From contig NW_018408911.1 in the NCBI RefSeq assembly GCF_002113885.1, positions 861,383 through 925,382 of the forward strand: a stretch of 64,000 nt of DNA. The letters run 5' to 3'. Shown piece by piece: positions 1-64,000 of the stretch. Under the pieces are notes generated by a model. That model made no database searches and was not told the origin of the DNA. It was given only the letters and a program-made list of their open reading frames with translations. Source of the DNA: Mizuhopecten yessoensis. Its lineage: Eukaryota. Numbering within the stretch: position 1 is the stretch's first letter; each line of letters begins with the position of its first letter. A program made the translations under genes and the position numbers.

Positions 1-1325
1 TATTACTAACAGGGGCACCCCACAGGAGCACCTTACTTACATATACAAGTTATTATATTACTATCAGGGGCACCCCACAGGTGCACCTAACTAACATATA
101 AAAGTTATTATATTACTTACAGGGGCACCCCACAGGAGCACCTAACTAACATGTACAATTTATTATATTACTAACAGGGGCACCCTACAGGAGCACCTAA
201 CTAACATATACAAGTTATTATATTACTTACAGGGGCACCCCACAGGAGCACCTAACTAACATATACAAGTTATTATATTACTAACAGAGGCACCCTACAG
301 GAGCACCTAACTAACGTTATAAAGTTATTATATAACTTACAGGGGCACCCCACAGGAGCACCTAACTAACATTATAAAGTTATTATATTACTAACTCGGG
401 CACCCCACAGGAGCGCCTAACTAACCTATAAAGTTATTATATTACTAACTGGGGCACCCCACAGGAGCACCTAACTAACATTATAAAGTTATTAGGTCAC
501 CTGAGACAAAGTCAACCAAACTTGTAAATTATATGGTCCCCAGCCCCCAGGGGCCTGCGAGGCAGGGCCAAAAAGGAATTTCAATTGGAATTAATTCAAA
601 CTTGGTTAGCATTATCAGTATTGTATTGCAGTTTGATGGTTTGCACATATCAGTACTGACTGACCCCCAGGGGCTGATGAGTAGGGCCAAAAAGGGTCGA
701 ATTGATTGAAATTTCAAAAATCTTCTTCTCAAGACCCATATATGGTAGAATTAAATACTCTTCATAGATGGAAGGGTCTTAAGGTGCTTTACCATAATTC
801 AGCTGACTGACAGAGCCACTATTTGTACATAGTACATATACTACCCAGATCTTTCACACTACTTTTGCATTACATTACATTACATTACACACTTAAGATG
901 TTAAAGTTATTAATGTTATAACAAGTGCACCCCTCTGGGGCACCCTGCTTACATGCATAAGTTGTATCAGTACTATCAGGGGTACCCTACAGGGGCACCC
1001 AACTTAAGATGTAAAAGTTATTAATATTACTAACAAGTGCACCCCTCTGGGGCATCCTGCTTACATGCATAAGTTGTATCAGTACTATCAGGGGTACCCC
1101 TCTGGGGCACCCTGCTTACATACATAACTTTTATCAGTACTATCAAAGGTACCCTACAGGGGCACCCAACTTAAGATGTAAAAGCTCTACCAGCACTAAA
1201 AGAGGCACCTCTCAGGGGCATCCATCTTATACATACAAAACTTATTATATTTCAAACAGGAGCACCCAGCTTAACATGTTAAAGTTATCATAGTACTAAC
1301 AGGGGCACCCCACAGGGGCACCCTG
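1..1325. repeat. ~55-bp minisatellite (tattactaacaggggcaccccacaggagcacctaactaacatatacaagttatta), conserved 1-492, degenerate ~880-1325
   Basis: Visible tandem periodicity, interrupted by a transposon fragment. Confidence 0.9.
490..800 (+). mobile_element. Truncated Helentron/HINE-like fragment inserted in the minisatellite
   Basis: Starts ttaggtcacctgag, the same subterminal motif as the element at 20182. Contains similar internal motifs (ccccaggggc..gggccaaaaagg, tttcaaaaatcttcttctc). Confidence 0.65.
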
Positions 1326-1550
1326 TTACCTGTTAGCAAATTGTAGTTCTGCATCATTAGGGACAACTGTTAATGTACAGTGTACATATTCTTTGGTTTA
1401 TACGATCATCTCAGTCTAGTCCTGCATCAATGTTTTTCTTAAATCTATGAATAATCACACTGATAATGAATGTGAGAGTGCTTTACCTTAATGTCTATGA
1501 TGTATACTGTGGTGACAAGTCTTGACATTAGTAATGGTGACATGTTTTAG

Positions 1551-57646
<56,096 letters not shown>

Positions 57647-57667
57647 TAAGTATCACCGTTATTTCTA

Positions 57668-57800
57668 GACACCTCTCTCCTGACCCGACAAACCAATCTA
57701 CATTATATACCCCCTCTCCTGACCCGAAAAACCAATCTGCATTATATACCCCCTCTCCTGACCCGACAAACCAATCTACATTATATACCCCCTCTCCCTT
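57668..57800. repeat. ~39-bp tandem repeat x3 just after the exon 18 donor
   Basis: cctctcctgacccgacaaaccaatctacattatatacc. Confidence 0.85.
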
Positions 57801-59524
57801 CACCCCTTCAATCGCCCGGTCAGATCAATCATAACCAAAATAAAATGTTGTATTTTAAAAAAATCAGTTTTTGTTACTTTTTTCAGAGCAAGAAAAAATA
57901 TTTTGTCTTTATTTTCATGTAATTTAACAGTTTTTGCTGTGCCTGAAACAGCCAATACACAATCTTAAAAGATGTACAGAAAATTGATATGAAGACCATT
58001 GAAAGCTTGTAACTGATTCAGGTCAGACTATGAAGGATCTGGTTTTGTTACTTACCAGTTCCTGTTATACCGAAAAACATGTATCGCAGAGTAATGCAGT
58101 GTACTGTTAACATCAGAAATTACCATGGTGTTTATTGTTTATTAATTTACCTTAACTTTAGTAATTTATATTTAATTTAATCTTATAACCCTCTTAATGA
58201 AAATATATTATTGTGTTATAATGTTTTAAAATTAAAATTCATATTTAAAATTATGTATGTGTTGAGATAAATATTTTTATTTATAAAATGAATATAAAAA
58301 TCTTTTTGCTTCTTCATATCTCAAACTCATGTTCATTTACATTATATGTACAGTATCTGTTATACAGGGGAGGGCTTTCTTTCACTGAATAACCCAAATA
58401 AAAATGTTGAGCATAATCTTCTTCTTTTAATAAGGCTATATAATATTTCTTAAGATGCATTTCTAACTTGAATTGATATTTCAGACAGAGTTCAGTTATT
58501 AGAACACAAAAAGATATAAGCAGAATTCTACTGATAGAAAATATACATATTTTTCAAGCAACAGTTAACATTAAATCAAGACTTAATTTGTGTCCTTTTT
58601 AAGATATGCTATAAAAATGTCTGCATTAATTATTTCTGTGAAAATGTAAATAGAAATTATGAAATTGCAACTAAAAATAATTTATACAAAAGTCTTTTCA
58701 AAGGCATTTATCATTGGTTCAGTTTATGAACAGATTATATTTCTGTGATTTTTCAAATTTTCTAGGTTATTTTATATTCTTTTTCTTATCTTTGATTTTT
58801 TAAATATTGAATCGTTAAGTGCTCAAACTTGATAAACCCCAGTGAAGTCCTTTAAAAAATTCTACGGCCGCCCGCTGTTGGTTTGTCTATGTGAGCCATC
58901 AAACAGCCGTTCATAACAGCAACAGGCCCCCTTCACGGCCAATTTCACCTGTGTATACGAGATTGTTTAAATGTTCTGTCCCATTTTTTGTTAAAACACT
59001 ATCCCCACAAGTCTTTTGACAAAAAAAAAACATGTTCTGTATCTGTTAAATCAGATGAATATACATTGTCTGTTGAGTTTTACTGACTTATACCCACATG
59101 TGGGCGGGGAAGATATGCAGCTTGTACTGTAGAAGTACCAGGTCTTTTCCATGATAATATCAATTTGATTATAAAATTTGAATTTGATATCATTCTACAT
59201 AAGAAAGTTTCATTTGATCAATAAACATTTTTTTCTCTGTATAAATGTTGTCTGCTTACCTGTACATAGTTGAGAAGCTACTTGGACATAATCATATTTT
59301 CATGTGTGCCGTGAATTTCTTTATATGTTGTAACTATTTAATATAGTAACTTTAATAAATTATTTTTGAGAATTTAAATAAACAAAAAAAGATCATTGCA
59401 GAACATTGGACATGAGCATGGCAAATCTTTTAAACTATTATTTTTGTTAATTTTACTTAATAACTAAAAACAAAATTGTTTAGAATTTGTAAACATCAGA
59501 AGAAAGCACATAGATCAGGTTCCT

Positions 59525-59815
59525 TGTAACTAGGGACACACTCTGAGTAACTAGGGACACACTCTGAGTAACTAGGGACACACCCGGAGTAACTAGGGAC
59601 ACACCCAGAGTAACTAGGGACACACTCTGAGTAACTAGGGACACACTCTGAGTAACTAGGGACACACTCTGAGAAACTAGGGACACATTCAGTAAGTTGG
59701 GACACACTCTGAGTAACTGGGTACACATTCAGTAACTTGGGACACACCCGGAGTAACTAGGGACACACTCTGAGCAACTGGCTACACATTCAGTAACTTG
59801 GGACACACTTGAAGT
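59525..59815. repeat. 21-bp minisatellite, about 13 copies
   Basis: gtaactagggacacactctga. Confidence 0.92.
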
Positions 59816-62584
59816 CAATTTAGATGAACTTCAGATAGTTTTGGACACAATCCCTGTAACTGGCTTTGGACACCTCAAGTCTACCTGGGACACTCTTGAA
59901 ATAACTTTACTAGGGATGACTTCTGAACTTAGGACATATTCAGGTGTTGATAACAATACTTTTCTAAGCGTTAACAGTTCATGGCATAAAGATTAATAAA
60001 GCAGATGGATCAGGACATGTCTGAGAGAGTGTGAACTCTGACTTTGGAAAAATGTTAATGTCTTTGAAATGCCCCCCTGATTGGTCAGTTGTATCTACAC
60101 CCTCCTCCATCCCTACACTCCAGTTTACCTTTTCTGTAAATGTTCATTACCCCCAACCCCCACTCCTCTTCCCCAGTCTCCACCACCCTAAAACACCCCG
60201 TCCGCCCGCTACCCCTAGAGCAGCCTTGCCTATACTGTACTGATAAATGGTACAAACTGAAGGTTTTGTATCCCAGAGTAAGCAAGTAATAACAAAATGT
60301 TGTGGCCTAATAACTACGGTCTGTAATTTTATTTCCAGCTTTTCATACCTGAGCATTGAGTAATCTGATATTTACATATGTACTTACCTGTAACTTTTAC
60401 ACCTGGTCTTACATATCCGAACTTTCTATTTCAGTCTGAATCATATTCTTGTTCAAACAACCAGTTAATGAGAAATGTCCTTTTTATTCTGAAACTTATT
60501 CAACATTACTTAGATAAATTATTTTCCTTTTCGTATATCTTACCAAGTTACAATGTTAAATTAATATACTATTCTGACAAAATTTATAGGTTTTTAAAAT
60601 AACATCTATTTTTTTTAGCTGGTTGCAAGCATGCATGTCTTTAGAATCTGTTTAAAATTCATTTAAAAAGCGACTAGAAAAATTCTCAGGAGATATTTTG
60701 AAAATTATCAGTTCTACATAATGGTAAATTTTACTTGCAATTAACTTGTGATTTAATATACAATTTTGAAAATCACTTTAATTATTTGATAAATTTTAAT
60801 TAAATATTCAAGTATTAACTAAAATCTCCCTGATTTAGATAAGAGAAAATAAAATGATAAAGTGGGAAAAATTGTACCCCCATGTTTTTTTGAATTCATT
60901 AAATAATGAGAAATAATTGATTCATAAAAACGTGAAGCAGTAACTGATAGAAAGACTAACAGATAATGATCGGCCCACATGTGAAGGTTCCCTTGTTCAT
61001 ACCGTAATTTTTTTTTTACGTGCATAATGTTTGGAACAGATATCTGTTAACGAGCTTTAATTGTTTGCAAATTTTCTTGAATTGGCCTAAATGTTTTTGT
61101 ATGCTTTTTAAGTTTTACAGATTAAGATAATTTATAAGTGTGTGTCATTTAGATATAGTTTTCACATATTTCGTGCAGTAAATGTTCTTTCTGTGCGTAC
61201 ACTGTTACGAAAAAAACCTTTACACAATAACCTGTTCGGCATAGCTATGTAACGTAACATGTCAGTATACCAGAAACATGTCGTACCATTTGTTTTTCTT
61301 TTTATACAGAAGTTTTTATTTTAGGATTTCCTTACAGTGAAATGGGCTCGCTTCTTATTTAAATTATTTATTTTTCAAATATAGAATTATCTCTCCATCA
61401 CAAGTTTAAATATTTCGGCTTTTATGACAGTGAATATGGCGGGTGTTCAGCGAGTGAATTTTTTTACCTGTGAAACATTGTTGTATATTTCCTTGACACT
61501 GTTTAGAGACACTAATCAAAGCTTGTGATTTGTACTGGAACAAATTATTTGTTCAGTAACTGTGTATTTTCCCTTGTTATGGTATACATTATGTTTTAAG
61601 CCTGTCAAGAAAAAAAAATGTTTTCAAGTTGTGTGATATTATAAACCTTATTCTTCCCAGTGTTTCCATATTAACGTTGAGGTTTATTAACATTAATGTC
61701 TCCAAACATCAATGTATCCAAACATCAATGTATCCATGTTATAATCAATGTTTTCATGTTTTTATGAATGTCTCCACACTATCTCTTTTACCATTAACTC
61801 CTCATTTTTCCATGTTCCAATGTTCACCTATGTAATTTCAAAAATTAACATTAAAATTTATTACAGATATCAAATACTAAAATTGAGTGTAGATGAAATC
61901 ATTAGCATATTTTCTTTTAAGGTAAATGTGTCGCCATATTAATAAATTAATTCTATTGATATTTTAAAAAAAAACACCTATCAGTTGAACATTTATATAG
62001 ATATTTGATATGTACTATCAGGTTCTTATTGTCTGAAATTAAAAGTACATTCTGTATAGACTTTTGGTTTTGAAATATTAGATATTTTCCCAGGATCGGT
62101 TGAGTGAATTAGAAGCAACATATGGAACCAATCGCTGGTCCCAAGCTCTACCAACCCAGCCCGGTCCTGGCATGGCCACCCAGTTAATAGGGATGGTCTG
62201 GTAATGGTCAATTTGTTATAGCTTATTCCAAATCATATGGCTCATAAATTTTTCACAAGTTGTTGGACATTTATATCATATAACATTCCGAAACAGAACA
62301 GGAGACAGCAGTGAAGTAATTAGTTAACATCTCATTAGTGGCTCACAAAAACATGGATAGTCACACAAGTCCTGTGGAATATTTTCTGATCGCTTGCTTC
62401 ACTGGTGACCATAGTGGGCTCTGTAGGTCAGTAAACTAGAACCTCCTCTAAAACAGGTGGCCATTCTGATCTGGTAAATAATTACTGCCATCAACCACCA
62501 ACCTTCACAAATGTATGTACATGTGTTTCTAGACCTAGATACATTAAAACAAATATTGAACTATCTCATACCCTCCTGTCAACA

Positions 62585-63000
62585 TCTTTCTGTCTATGAC
62601 TCCCAGAATAACTTCTGTCTGTCTATGACTCCCAGAATAACTTCTGTCTGTCTATGACTCCCAGGATAACTACTTTCTGTCTATTACCCCCAGGATAACT
62701 TCTTTCTGTGTATTTCCCTCAGGATAACCTCTTTCTGTCTATTACCCCCAGGATAACTTCTTTCTGTCTATTACCCAGGATAACTTCATTCTGTCTATTA
62801 CCCCCAGGATAACCTTTTTCTGTCTATTGCCCCAATGATAACCTCTTTCTGTCTATTACCCCCAGGATAACTTCTTTCTATCTATTACCCCAGGATAACT
62901 TCTTTCTGTCTATTACCCCCAGGATAACTTCTTTCTGTCTGTTACCCCCAGGATAACTTCTTTCTGTCTATTACCTCCAAGATGATTTCTTTCTGTCTTG
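62585..63000 (+). repeat. ~29-bp pyrimidine-rich minisatellite, about 14 copies
   Basis: tctttctgtctattacccccaggataact. Confidence 0.92.
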
Positions 63001-63834
63001 GCTCATTCTACCCTTGCAGGCGCCAACCTCACCCTTCCCGGGTGTAACTCCTATGCCTTTATATACTGCAGTGACCCATAGTATTTTCTACTTTTCTTCT
63101 TTAATATTTTTAAGTTTCTGAAGTTACACAGTAACTAGAATTTGGAATTTGTTATGGCAAAATGTTGAGAGAGAGAAAGAGAAAATAATTTAAGAGAGGG
63201 AAGGAAGGGAAAAAATGAGGGAAAAAGATAGGAGGGATGAACATGAAGCTAGAGATGTGATATTGCTGTCCCACCAGTACCCCTCATTTCCTGGTGTCTC
63301 TGTCCCCACACACTGTCAGGACTAATTGAGGGAGGCATGAAACTCACTTACTCTGGTACTTATGCTCTTGGGAATCAAATTTCCAATAAATCTTAAAGTA
63401 AAAATTGTTGAAATTCCATCCCCGCACCAGTTTATGTCTGCCACTTGTGAATGGCTGCCCTGGAAACCAATTCTATTGCATAGTTTGCTTGGTAATTTCA
63501 CATTAGAAAGTAAAATTCTGACAATGCAGAGAAAATGTGTAATGGTTTCACCCAACCCTGACTTGCTATGGGCCAGCTTTGACAGCATTAGGAGCAGGAA
63601 TTAGGTTTTAAAACAAGTGGAATTTGAATTTCCCGTAAGAAAAAACAAACAGCATCAGAACTGGAATTCTTGACCATTTGAAGTGTGGTCAGTAATGTGG
63701 GGATGAACATGTGGATGTACTTGTGGATTAAGAGGTCTATTAGAATCACATGCTGTGTCAAGGCCCTCTGCTATCTGGAATGTCCCTCACGATGAGAATT
63801 AGGAGGGCACTTCTATACCCCTCCCGGTATAACC

Positions 63835-64000
63835 TCCCCCCCCCCCCCCCCCCCCCNCTTGCTTCCTCTACCTGTTCTTCATCCTTGTTCTTTCTTTCAA
63901 TTTTTTCCCTAATAAGTATTACTTCCATTTTAATTTCTTTCTTTCCTACTTACTTACTTTCCATTCCTTCCTCCCTCCCTCACTCTCTCACTTCCTTCTT
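63835..64000. other. Poly-C run, single N and pyrimidine low-complexity tail (probable assembly join)
   Basis: C-run followed by n at 63857. Confidence 0.7.

Noticed and set aside
62094-62205. Possible exon after ttttcccag (DRLSELEATY...)
   Set aside because: In the phase required after exon 18 it hits TGA within three codons, and it does not match the expected C2E continuation.

Overview
AT-rich eukaryotic genomic DNA. The repeat landscape (Helentron/HINE-type elements, many intronic minisatellites) suggests an invertebrate, probably a bivalve mollusc; this is an inference. The window holds the middle part of one large + strand gene, an otoferlin-like type II ferlin. I traced 18 GT-AG exons by hand (1551..57645, 3,196 nt, about 1,065 codons). 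They splice into one uninterrupted frame running from the end of C2C through FerA/FerB, C2D, C2de and the charged linker into C2E, with no DysF domain. The 5' and 3' ends of the gene lie outside the window. Four further frame-preserving candidate cassette or micro-exons lie in the long introns. The introns contain many tandem repeats, a 7-kb 71-bp satellite with internal inversions, and non-autonomous DNA transposons. The most unusual signal is that several arrays are built from splice-signal sequence. Three copy an exon end plus its donor, one carries a U1-snRNA-5'-end look-alike next to a hairpin-occluded candidate donor, and one is a run of acceptor-like units. All long ORFs over the repeats are artefacts. 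No RNA genes or CRISPR arrays were found.
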